Source: an uncultured Planctomycetota bacterium (GTDB lineage: Bacteria; Planctomycetota; Phycisphaerae; Tepidisphaerales; Tepidisphaeraceae). Taken from it: a stretch of 64,000 nt of DNA. Below the pieces are notes generated by a model. It was given only the letters and a program-made list of their open reading frames with translations, was not told the origin of the DNA and searched no databases. Both the position numbers and the translations under genes were made by a program. Numbering within the stretch: the stretch's first letter is position 1; each line of letters opens with the position of its first letter. The stretch spans positions 1,152,001 to 1,216,000 of the forward strand of contig CAWJEN010000005.1 of the NCBI GenBank assembly GCA_963841915.1, in the 5' to 3' direction. Shown one piece after another: positions 28,001 through 35,917 of this stretch.

Positions 28001-28799
28001 CACGATGACGAATGACAACCTGCCGTTCAGCGTCATGGCCGCCCAAGGGCAGTTTGTCCAGCTCTACCGCGATGGCCTGCCGGTCGGCGACCTGACCCAG
28101 GTTACCGATGTCTCTGGCAACGTCACCGTCGCCGATCCGACCGGACCGCTCGCCGACGGCAGCTACGTCTACACGGCAACCGCCATCTCTTCGCCCGGCG
28201 GACCCGAATCACCCGCCAGTGGCGGCAGCACCGTCGTCATCGACACCGTCGGCCCGACGCAGTCGAACTTCAACTTCATCTTCGACAGCGGCCCGATCGA
28301 TCAGCGCTTCTTCGTCGATTTCGATGAACTTGGAGCCGATCTGGACGTGACCGACATCGTCGTCACCAACACGACGACCGGGCAGGTCGTCACCGGCTTC
28401 CGGCTCGACCCGATCTCCGGCGGGCAAAACGACCTCATTTATGACCCGACGGCTGGGGCCGACTTCCTGCCGAACGGCGTCTACGAGGTGACCGTTGCCA
28501 CCGGCACGTTCAGCGACGCCGCCGGGAACGGCAACAGCGCGTTCCTCGGCAGCGACTTCTTCCTCAACGGTGACGCCAACCGTGACGGCACGGTGTCGAT
28601 CCTCGACTTTGCCATCCTGCGGGCCAACTTCGGCTCCAGTACCAATCCAAGGTTCTCCACGGCTGACTTCAACTACGACGGGACGGTGTCGATCTTGGAC
28701 TTCGCGATCCTGCGGAGTAACTTCGGCCAGTCGCTCGCCTCGCGGCCGGCATCCATCTTTGCAGAGGATGATCAACAGGACGTGCTGGCTCGCCGTTGA
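25065..28799 (+). CDS. Secreted reprolysin-like (M12) zinc metallopeptidase with PPC/Ig-like domains and C-terminal dockerin-like pair
   Basis: LEALESRRLLA export motif, YDIGHVF, HEFGHQFGGSH, YEPGSGSTIQAY, ARVKIK..GNIFFDI, two GD.N.DG.VSILDF repeats. Confidence 0.88.
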   Translation: MPSRTRPSTLEALESRRLLAADIGTEAVGLTGSDVRRILNDATAQVVASVDAAPYWVDEADPEPTLGRGVDNRIHAVAMNGVRLNRQALIDSLADAPAESPGGARPADLLSLPTLYVPTPDGSFQRFAVQSTTILSPDLAAKYPDIRTFRGWGIDDPAAIAQFDHTQQGFHAQVLSPSGAYMVDPYEHMQADGTYVSYFRQHAVRVPGEGDGHDVVLGEEADHDHDHDEDDHHHDEFIVAGPAETSTSNIRRNYRAAIATTGEYAQFHGGTVASALSAIATTLARVDGVYERDLNISFTLVPNNDQIVFTNAGSDPYNNSDTFQQINANQGVIDGAIGNANYDIGHVFSTASGGLASLGVVGETGAKARGVTGISSPIGDPFDIDYVAHEFGHQFGGSHTFNGVNGSCSGGNRSNNNAYEPGSGSTIQAYAGICGADNLQSNSDPYFHARSIFQINTYTASGVGSGFNNTNTGNNAPTVNAGVGMTIPARTPFEIVASGGDIDGDAVTFTFEQYDLGDAEALGAPDDGNGPLFRSRMGTTSNVRSFPELADILAGREDADEILPKVSRNGNDLLSIRVTARDGVGGVQDSQVNHAVINTGSAFEVTTANSPGTTWGTGSTQTVSWNVAGTTANGINTADVDIFLSYDNGQTFTLVANDTPNDGSASITIPASAPTTSTARVKIKGAGNIFFDINNAPIAIEATGPVVPNGLPATLTLADDGAIYAGPGGDFADADFELDPFTASPDLTTTSDVDSYVFAVDQQGTYTFTASDVAGGGTVFPILAVYDADTGMPIATSSDGTGTTNSVDVFLTVWQRVIVAVADEGNVAAGDITLDVEGPGQPVTFLSLDAAGDRVFNSTIDDRADSDFYAFTLPSNSNGSGTIAVSTISSDTVLSLYDSSNNLIAFDDQLGTTGQEVINFTGLTPGAVYRVRVGTFQYGSSVSAYTLTINADVPVAPPAPSAPMLQAIADTGVSNSDGITMTNDNLPFSVMAAQGQFVQLYRDGLPVGDLTQVTDVSGNVTVADPTGPLADGSYVYTATAISSPGGPESPASGGSTVVIDTVGPTQSNFNFIFDSGPIDQRFFVDFDELGADLDVTDIVVTNTTTGQVVTGFRLDPISGGQNDLIYDPTAGADFLPNGVYEVTVATGTFSDAAGNGNSAFLGSDFFLNGDANRDGTVSILDFAILRANFGSSTNPRFSTADFNYDGTVSILDFAILRSNFGQSLASRPASIFAEDDQQDVLARR

Positions 28800-28866
28800 C
28801 GCGGCGGCCGCTTCATCCGATCAGTCGGCACGACCGGCGAAACACCACCTCGTTCAACAGCACGAC

Positions 28867-28897
28867 CGCCCGGCCGCCTCTTCCGGCCGGGCGATTT
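28867..28897 (+). terminator. Terminator-like hairpin between the tandem protease genes
   Basis: CGCCCGGCCG-CCTCTTC-CGGCCGGGCG-ATTT. Confidence 0.5.
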
Positions 28898-28988
28898 CCG
28901 TTCATAATGCTGGAGCTCTTTCAGGCATGCCGCAACTGGTACGAACCGGTGAACGAACCCCGACCGCATGAAACGCGTTAAGTCTCTG

Positions 28989-31900
28989 ATGTCACTGCCC
29001 AAGACCCGCCGTCCCACCCTGGAGTCGCTGGAGACTCGCCGCCTCCTGACGGCCGCCGTCATGGGTCCGGCTTACGACGCCCTTACCGCCGACGCGACCG
29101 ACCTGCTCGTGGCCGAAACTCGACGGGTGCAGGGTGTTTCAGACGCCCTTGCCGAGTTGCAGATCGCGTCGATCGATGTGTCGGCGCCGTCGAGCGACTT
29201 GACGCTGAACGACGTCGACTACTGGTCGACCGTCTCCCGTGTGGGCGACGTCACGCCGACGATCGAAGCGGTGACGTTCGAGACCGCATCGCTCAGCGAA
29301 AGCAGGCTGCGATCTGCCTTGGCCGACGCGCCGAACGACGTCGTCGACTTCAACGGCGGCGTCTTGAGCAGCCTGCCTGTGCTGGCCTTGCCTTCACCGG
29401 ACGGCGGCCTGGCTCGTTTCGCAGTCGAGCGGTACGAGCTGCTCGCCCCCGAGGTCGCCATCCAGATGCCGGCGTTCGACTCGTTCAGGCTGTACGGCCT
29501 GGACGACCTTGGCGCGGTCGGCACGGCGACACTGACGTCTAGCGGTTTCAGCAGCTTCATCGCCGGCACGCAAGGTGATTGGCAGGTTGAGCCGGTCGAG
29601 GCCTTCGCGGGTCGGGCCGACTATGCGAGCTTCTTCTCGGCCCACCAGGCCGGTCCCAACGGCAAAGACGGCGGCCACCCGCCCGGTTGCTTCTGCGCCG
29701 CCTGCCTGGCGGGGACGGACGGTGTCGAGGCTGCTGCCCCGACAATTGATGGTCCGGCAGAGGCGTTCACATTCGGTCAGACGCGTCGCACCTTCGAGCT
29801 CGCCATCGGCACGACTGCCGAGTGGACCAGCTCTGCCGGTGGCACACAGCAGAACGCGTTCAACACAGCGGTCAGCCGCGTCAACACGCTCAACGCCATC
29901 TATCGGCGGGATTTCAATGTCGAGCTGCAGGTCGTCAGTGACCTCCGCACGATTTACACCAACGCCAACACGGACCCCTACACGGACAACAACATCAGCG
30001 CGATGATGGGTCAGAACCAGTCTGTGATGGACTCGGTCTACGGCTTTGCCAACTACGACGTGGGACACGCCTTTAGCGCCAACGGCGGTGGTGGTGTCGT
30101 GTCGGGTCGCGTCGGCAACAACTTCAACAAAGGCCGCGGCGTGACTGGCGTGCCGGCGTTCAGCTCGTTCTTCATGCCGGTCTTCCTCCACGAAGTCGGC
30201 CACCAGTTCAATGCCGCTCATACGTGGAACACGACCCGCATCGCCTCGCTCGACGCCGACCAGCGGGCGCCGTTCAGCGCGTACGAGCCCGGCCCCGGCT
30301 CGACGATCATGAGCTACGGCGACAACGGCTATCAAGGCTCGTTCGTCAACCAGATCGGCCTCTACTTCCACAACCACAGCATCCAGCAGGTCAGCGATTA
30401 TCTGCAGACCTTCACCGCCAGCAACGCCGCCGACACGTCGCCCACGGGCAATGTCGCTCCGACCGTCGACGCGCCTAACGGCGTCAAGTTCATCCCAACC
30501 AACACGCCCTTCGAGCTGACAGCCGTCGGTAGCGATGATCAAACGCTCACCTACACCTGGGAGCAGTACGACCTCGGCGACGCCGACCCGATTGGTGTCG
30601 ACGACGGTGACGGCCCGCTGTTCCGGTCGCGCGACCCGAGCACGAACCCGACCCGCATGTTCCCGGAGCTGGCCGACATCTTGGCCAATCGCTCTGATGC
30701 CGACGAGCGTCTGCCGCAGGTGAATCGCACGAATGACCTGCTGAGCTTCCGTGTCACCGCACGTGACGGGCTGGGCGGCGTCAGTGATGATGAAGTGGCC
30801 ATCGGCGTGTTCGACACCGGCTCTGCCTTTGCCATCACGTCGCAGAACAACGCCACGAACTGGGTGCCGAACCAGCCGCAAACGGTCACCTGGAACGTCG
30901 CCAACACGGACAACGTCAACTTCGACGCGGTCAACGTCGACGTGTTCCTGAGCCTCGACAACGGCCAGACGTTCTCGCTTGTTGGTGACAACACGCCCAA
31001 TGACGGCTCGTTCACCTTCACCGTGCCCAACGCGCCAGACGGCACGACGGCTCGCGTGAAGGTCAAGGCGGCCAACAACTACTTCTTTGACATCAACAAC
31101 GCGCCGATCACGATCGACTCGAACGTGACGGTCCCCAACGGCCTGCCCGCGACGCTTATCGCCGCCGCGGACGGTACCGCGTATCTCGGCGCCGACGGCG
31201 ACATCGACGACAACGAATTCGCCCTGTACCCCGGCACGCAGACGCCGAACCTCGCCAATGGCAGCGACATTGACAGCTACATCGTAGCCGGTGACGAAGC
31301 GGGTGTCTACACATTTACCGCGACGCCGCAGGGCACGTCCTTCATCTTCCCGGTGCTTGCGGTGTACGACGCGACGACGGGTGCAGCGCTGGCCGGTCAG
31401 GGCTACGCCAATGGCAGCGATACGACGATCTCGATCAACCTCGCCGCCGGTCAACGTGTCATCGTCGCCACGGCTGATCAGGGCAACAGCATCGGCGGTA
31501 ACGTCGAGTTGACGATCGACGGCCCATCAGTCGCCGTCGTCACGCCGATCACTCTCGATGCCAACGGCAATGCCACCCTAAACGGCACCGGCCTTACCAC
31601 GCTCAGCGACGGCGGTGACAGCGACTACTACAGCTTCACCGTCCCGGCCGACAGCAGCGGCAACGGTGAAGTTGACCTCGCCATCGGCGGTGTCGATGCG
31701 ATCCTGAGCCTCTATGACGCCAACGACAATCTGCTCGCCGTCGCAGATGCGGGTGGCGTCGGTGCGGTCGAGACGATCGACAGCGGCTTCGTCGCGGGTC
31801 AGACGTACCGGCTTCGCGTGGGTGCGGCCGACTACGTCGGCAGCGGTGACTACGTTCTGTCGCTGAACTTCGGTAGCGGCGTGGTGATTCCCGACGCGCC

Positions 31901-32729
31901 CGGCACGCCGATGCTCGCCGCCGTCGACGACACCGGCACCGTCGGCGATGCCGTCACGAGCGTCAACAACGATCTCGAATTCGCCATCAGCTCACCGACC
32001 GAGACGTTCGTCCGCCTCTTCCGCGACGGCGTGCAGGTCGGTGGCAGCGTAATCGCCGGCGTCAACAACGTGGCGGTCGTGACCGACACCGAAGGCCCGT
32101 TCGCCGACGGCACGTACGTCTACACGGCCACCGCAGCCGCCACTTTCGATGGGCCGCAGAGTCCGCTGTCCGGTTCGCTGACCGTCGTCATTGACACCAC
32201 GGCACCCGTCGTCGGTGGGTTCGCCTTCAACTTTGACAGCGGTGCGGGTGATCAGTCGTTCACGCTGACGCTCGACGAGCCGGGCCTGGCGGCCGGTGAC
32301 ATCGTCGTCACCAACACGACAACCAATGCCGTCGTGCCTGCGAGCAGCTTCGACCTCATCGACAACGGCGACGGCTCCTACGAGCTTGTCTTCAACCCGA
32401 CGACCGGCAACGACGTTCTGGGCAACGGCGTCTTTGAAGTCAGCGTCGCCGCCGATGCCGTCACCGACACCGCCGGTAACGGCAACGCTGCATTCGTCGG
32501 CACCGACTTCTTCCTCAACGGTGACGCCAACCGTGACGGAACCGTCTCGATTCTCGACTTTGCCGTTCTACGCGGCAACTTCGGCAGCAGCGGGGCAAGC
32601 TTCACCAGCGGCGACTTTAACTACGACGGCACGGTGAGCATCCTCGACTTCGCCATCCTGCGTGGCAACTTCGGGCAGAACGTTTCGGTCCCGTCGAGCA
32701 TTTTCGCCGAGGACGAGAACCTCATCTGA
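28989..32729 (+). CDS. Secreted reprolysin-like (M12) zinc metallopeptidase, tandem paralog with the same architecture
   Basis: LESLETRRLL, YDVGHAF, HEVGHQFNAAH, YEPGPGSTIMSY, dockerin-like pair; start 28968 or 28989. Confidence 0.88.
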   Translation: MSLPKTRRPTLESLETRRLLTAAVMGPAYDALTADATDLLVAETRRVQGVSDALAELQIASIDVSAPSSDLTLNDVDYWSTVSRVGDVTPTIEAVTFETASLSESRLRSALADAPNDVVDFNGGVLSSLPVLALPSPDGGLARFAVERYELLAPEVAIQMPAFDSFRLYGLDDLGAVGTATLTSSGFSSFIAGTQGDWQVEPVEAFAGRADYASFFSAHQAGPNGKDGGHPPGCFCAACLAGTDGVEAAAPTIDGPAEAFTFGQTRRTFELAIGTTAEWTSSAGGTQQNAFNTAVSRVNTLNAIYRRDFNVELQVVSDLRTIYTNANTDPYTDNNISAMMGQNQSVMDSVYGFANYDVGHAFSANGGGGVVSGRVGNNFNKGRGVTGVPAFSSFFMPVFLHEVGHQFNAAHTWNTTRIASLDADQRAPFSAYEPGPGSTIMSYGDNGYQGSFVNQIGLYFHNHSIQQVSDYLQTFTASNAADTSPTGNVAPTVDAPNGVKFIPTNTPFELTAVGSDDQTLTYTWEQYDLGDADPIGVDDGDGPLFRSRDPSTNPTRMFPELADILANRSDADERLPQVNRTNDLLSFRVTARDGLGGVSDDEVAIGVFDTGSAFAITSQNNATNWVPNQPQTVTWNVANTDNVNFDAVNVDVFLSLDNGQTFSLVGDNTPNDGSFTFTVPNAPDGTTARVKVKAANNYFFDINNAPITIDSNVTVPNGLPATLIAAADGTAYLGADGDIDDNEFALYPGTQTPNLANGSDIDSYIVAGDEAGVYTFTATPQGTSFIFPVLAVYDATTGAALAGQGYANGSDTTISINLAAGQRVIVATADQGNSIGGNVELTIDGPSVAVVTPITLDANGNATLNGTGLTTLSDGGDSDYYSFTVPADSSGNGEVDLAIGGVDAILSLYDANDNLLAVADAGGVGAVETIDSGFVAGQTYRLRVGAADYVGSGDYVLSLNFGSGVVIPDAPGTPMLAAVDDTGTVGDAVTSVNNDLEFAISSPTETFVRLFRDGVQVGGSVIAGVNNVAVVTDTEGPFADGTYVYTATAAATFDGPQSPLSGSLTVVIDTTAPVVGGFAFNFDSGAGDQSFTLTLDEPGLAAGDIVVTNTTTNAVVPASSFDLIDNGDGSYELVFNPTTGNDVLGNGVFEVSVAADAVTDTAGNGNAAFVGTDFFLNGDANRDGTVSILDFAVLRGNFGSSGASFTSGDFNYDGTVSILDFAILRGNFGQNVSVPSSIFAEDENLI

Positions 32730-32752
32730 AATGGACATTCACACCAATCTAG

Positions 32753-32780
32753 AAGCCCGGCCAGTGATGGCCGGGCTTTG
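32753..32780. terminator. Hairpin terminator between convergent genes
   Basis: AAGCCCGGCCA-GTGA-TGGCCGGGCTT. Confidence 0.7.
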
Positions 32781-32801
32781 TCGTTGCTGCTGTCGTGTGC
32801 T

Positions 32802-33308
32802 TCAGGCCGCCGGTTCGAATGTGAGAGCGACGCCATTGATGCAGTGCCGCTTGCCGGTCGGCATGGGTCCGTCGTCAAAGACGTGACCGAGGTGACTCTC
32901 GCAGCGGGCGCATTCGACTTCGGTTCGCGTCATGCCCATCGAGATGTCGGGCTTTTCGATGACGTACCCGATCTTGATCGGCTGCCAGAAGCTCGGCCAA
33001 CCGGTGCCGCTGTCGAACTTGGTTTCGCTGGCGTACAGCGGCAAATCGCAGACGGCACAGGTGAAGGTGCCGTCACGCTTCTCGTCGTTAAGCGGACTGG
33101 TGAAGGCTCGTTCGGTTCCATCCTGTCGGGTGACGCGGTAGCCGAGATCATCGAGCCGTTCCTTGGCGACGCGGTCGGCCTTCTCCTTCGACCACGGCTC
33201 GATGTCGACCGCCGGTTGTGTTGCGGGCGTAGCACCGTGGCTGTAGACGGACCCCGCGTAGGCGACGGCAGCCGCGGCGATGCCGAGGGTGAGGATCGTT
33301 CGCTTCAT
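32802..33308 (-). CDS. msrB: Peptide-methionine (R)-S-oxide reductase with signal peptide
   Basis: GTERAF, CAVC, KFDSGTGWPSF, RTEVECARCESHLGHVFDDGP, RHCING. Confidence 0.95.
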   Translation of the reverse strand: MKRTILTLGIAAAAVAYAGSVYSHGATPATQPAVDIEPWSKEKADRVAKERLDDLGYRVTRQDGTERAFTSPLNDEKRDGTFTCAVCDLPLYASETKFDSGTGWPSFWQPIKIGYVIEKPDISMGMTRTEVECARCESHLGHVFDDGPMPTGKRHCINGVALTFEPAA

Positions 33309-33376
33309 GTCACAACGTACGTCTGAACGCGGGCGATGTTGCGGCCGACTGTGCGATGCGGCGCTTTTGAGCTGGC

Positions 33377-34099
33377 TCAATTCTGCTGGACCGTCTTGGC
33401 CGTCAGCACCGCCCGCACGTGAATCGCGTGCAGCTGGCGGTCGTTGTTCCCGCCGCTCTGCTTGGTCGCGGCGTCACCCTCGGCGAAGTCGCCCAAGAGC
33501 GTCACATCGACGTACCCGGCAGCCAGCGGGCGAAGATTGACGAACAGCTCACGAGGGCGAAGGTTCCGCGTCACGCCGTTGCCGACTGCCAGGGCGATCT
33601 GGCTCGTCGTCGGGCTCTGCTCGGTTTCGTCGGCCTGATACACCCACTCGGCATCGGCGACGTCTTCGGGGCTGATGTCGCCGCCGTCTGCTAGGCGTTC
33701 TTCGACCAGTGCCGCCGACTCGGGCGGTAGGTCGAGCCGCATCTCGAAGAAAAAGCTGCTGCCGAGATAGCCGCGTTCGGTCGCCTCGGCCGGGTCGTCG
33801 CTGAAGAGTCGAGCCTTGACCGTACCAGGCCGATCCGGGTCGGCTTCGAGCCAGAGCATCGCCGGCGGGAACTCGTGCTGCGTCTCGATGCCGTCGGGGC
33901 TGACAATCGTGACGTATGCCGGCTGTGGCTCGATGATGTCGATCTCGCTGCCTGGAGAGTCAACAACGTCCGTCGTCTCCTGAGGCGGCCGGGGCTTCAT
34001 GTTGATGCCGTCGTCAGTCGCGTCGTTGTCGCACCCGGCCAGCACGCCCGACAGGGCGATGGAGGCAGCACAGGCGATGATGAGCGGTCGACGGGCCAT
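33377..34099 (-). CDS. Hypothetical lipoprotein
   Basis: Lipobox LAGC; typical codon usage; no family recognised. Confidence 0.7.
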   Translation of the reverse strand: MARRPLIIACAASIALSGVLAGCDNDATDDGINMKPRPPQETTDVVDSPGSEIDIIEPQPAYVTIVSPDGIETQHEFPPAMLWLEADPDRPGTVKARLFSDDPAEATERGYLGSSFFFEMRLDLPPESAALVEERLADGGDISPEDVADAEWVYQADETEQSPTTSQIALAVGNGVTRNLRPRELFVNLRPLAAGYVDVTLLGDFAEGDAATKQSGGNNDRQLHAIHVRAVLTAKTVQQN

Positions 34100-34160
34100 G
34101 GGTATGTGTACGTCGTCACGCGGAGTGCCGTGCGACTACCAGCAGTATACAACATGTACG

Positions 34161-34937
34161 ATGCCTTCGCCGACCGATGAGCTTCGACATCCGGCGGCGG
34201 TGACTACCAGCCCGCCAGAGGCCGATCTATCGGCCCCCGTCTGCGAGTTCTGCAGTTATCGGCTGACCGGTCTGACCGACGACGACAACTGCCCCGAGTG
34301 CGGCCAGCCTGTCCGCCTCAGCACAGTCGACAGCGGCCGCGTGTTCACGAGCATTGATCGTGGAAACGACGGCTTCTGGGCCACGTCGCTCCAGATCTGG
34401 CTGCATCCGAAGCGGTTCTTCAGACGCCTGCGGGCCCACGCGGACCCGGCGGCCATGCATGAAACCGCCTCGTTCTCCAACGAACACATCTGGCTCGCAG
34501 CCCTCCTCGGTGGCGCCGCTGTCGTCGGCCATTACATCCTGGTCGACCCGGCTGTGGGTCCCAAGCCAGGCTACTGGGCACCATTTGCGACGTGGGTCGG
34601 CATCATGAGCGTGCCGTTCATCGCCATCGTCAGCTTCGGCATGCGGTGGCTCGTCGTCCAACTCAGCGTGGTAGAAACCCGCTGGCGTGGCATGCGGCTG
34701 TCGAGGTCGGTCATCCGCCGTGGCATCGACTACCACACCGCGCACATCACGCCCGTGTGCCTCATGGTGCTGCTCATCGTCGCCGCGGCACACGTCGCCT
34801 TCGAATTCGGCTGGCTCGACTACCAATACATCTGGCACTACCTCATTATGCTCAGCTCGGCGATCGTGCTGGGGGCGATTTGGCTGTTCTACACCTACTG
34901 GCTGGCAATGCGGAGCATGATGTATGCCAATGTCTGA
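34161..34937 (+). CDS. Membrane protein with N-terminal CxxC..CPECG zinc ribbon and about 4 TM helices (Yip1-like)
   Basis: CEFCSYRLTGLTDDDNCPECG; FWATSLQIWLHPKRFF; hydrophobic segments. Confidence 0.7.
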   Translation: MPSPTDELRHPAAVTTSPPEADLSAPVCEFCSYRLTGLTDDDNCPECGQPVRLSTVDSGRVFTSIDRGNDGFWATSLQIWLHPKRFFRRLRAHADPAAMHETASFSNEHIWLAALLGGAAVVGHYILVDPAVGPKPGYWAPFATWVGIMSVPFIAIVSFGMRWLVVQLSVVETRWRGMRLSRSVIRRGIDYHTAHITPVCLMVLLIVAAAHVAFEFGWLDYQYIWHYLIMLSSAIVLGAIWLFYTYWLAMRSMMYANV

Positions 34938-35883
34938 TGCCTCTACAGCTCCGCTGGGGATCGTGACGTGCCCCCGACTCGTGGAGCATCGACCGGCCGA
35001 CGGGTCGCCGCACGTCGAGCGACCAGAGCGGTATGCCGTCATGCTCGAAGCGGAGGCGTCGGTGGAGCATCTGGCGATGCAACCACCAGCCGAGCCGGCC
35101 GATGACAAGACGCTGCTTCGCGTGCACGGACGTTCGCACCTCGACCAAATCGCTGCCTTGTCCAAAATGGGTGGCTGGTACGACGCAGACACCTACGTCG
35201 GCGTCGGCTCTGATGAACTGGCCCGTTCTGCCGTCGCGTGCGGCATGACGGCCGCCGACGCGGTCCTGTCCAAGCGGTGCAGGCGGGCCATGTCGTTGGT
35301 CCGTCCGCCGGGGCATCATGCAGAGCCGGACAAGGCGATGGGGTTCTGCCTCTACAGCACCGCTGCCATCGTCGTCCGACATCTACAACACGTACACAGC
35401 GTGCAGCGCGTGGCGGTCGTCGACTTTGACGTGCACCACGGCAACGGCACGCAAGCCGCCTTCTGGCGGGACCCCGACGTGCTCAGCGTCAGCGTCCACG
35501 AAGATCCGGCCACACTCTGGCCCGGCACCGGCACGGCAGCTGAGACCGGCGGGGGCGCCGGCGAAGCAACCACGGTCAACGTGCCGTTGCCTGCCGGCTC
35601 GACGGGTGACGTGATGCTGGCTGCGCTGCGTGACGTGGTGCTGCCGCGACTCCGCGAGCATCGACCGGAGATCATCGTCGCCTGCTGCGGGTTCGACGCC
35701 CACGCGGCTGACCCGTTGGCCAATCTGCAAGTAGACACGGACACCTTCGGCGTCGTCGGACAGCTGCTCGTCGATGCTGCCGACGAACTGTGCGACGGCA
35801 GGCTTGTCGGCACTGTCGAAGGTGGCTATGACCTCGCCGCACTGCGCGACAGTCTGCGGAGTTTCCTGGGAGCTTGGACGTGA
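34930..35883 (+). CDS. Histone deacetylase family (Zn-dependent) deacetylase
   Basis: HVERPER, RPPGHH, GFC, DFDVHHGNGT, GFDAH, EGGY. Confidence 0.92.
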   Translation: MSDASTAPLGIVTCPRLVEHRPADGSPHVERPERYAVMLEAEASVEHLAMQPPAEPADDKTLLRVHGRSHLDQIAALSKMGGWYDADTYVGVGSDELARSAVACGMTAADAVLSKRCRRAMSLVRPPGHHAEPDKAMGFCLYSTAAIVVRHLQHVHSVQRVAVVDFDVHHGNGTQAAFWRDPDVLSVSVHEDPATLWPGTGTAAETGGGAGEATTVNVPLPAGSTGDVMLAALRDVVLPRLREHRPEIIVACCGFDAHAADPLANLQVDTDTFGVVGQLLVDAADELCDGRLVGTVEGGYDLAALRDSLRSFLGAWT

Positions 35884-35917
35884 GGCGATGCCGTTGGCTG
35901 ATCCGTTCTGACGAAGC

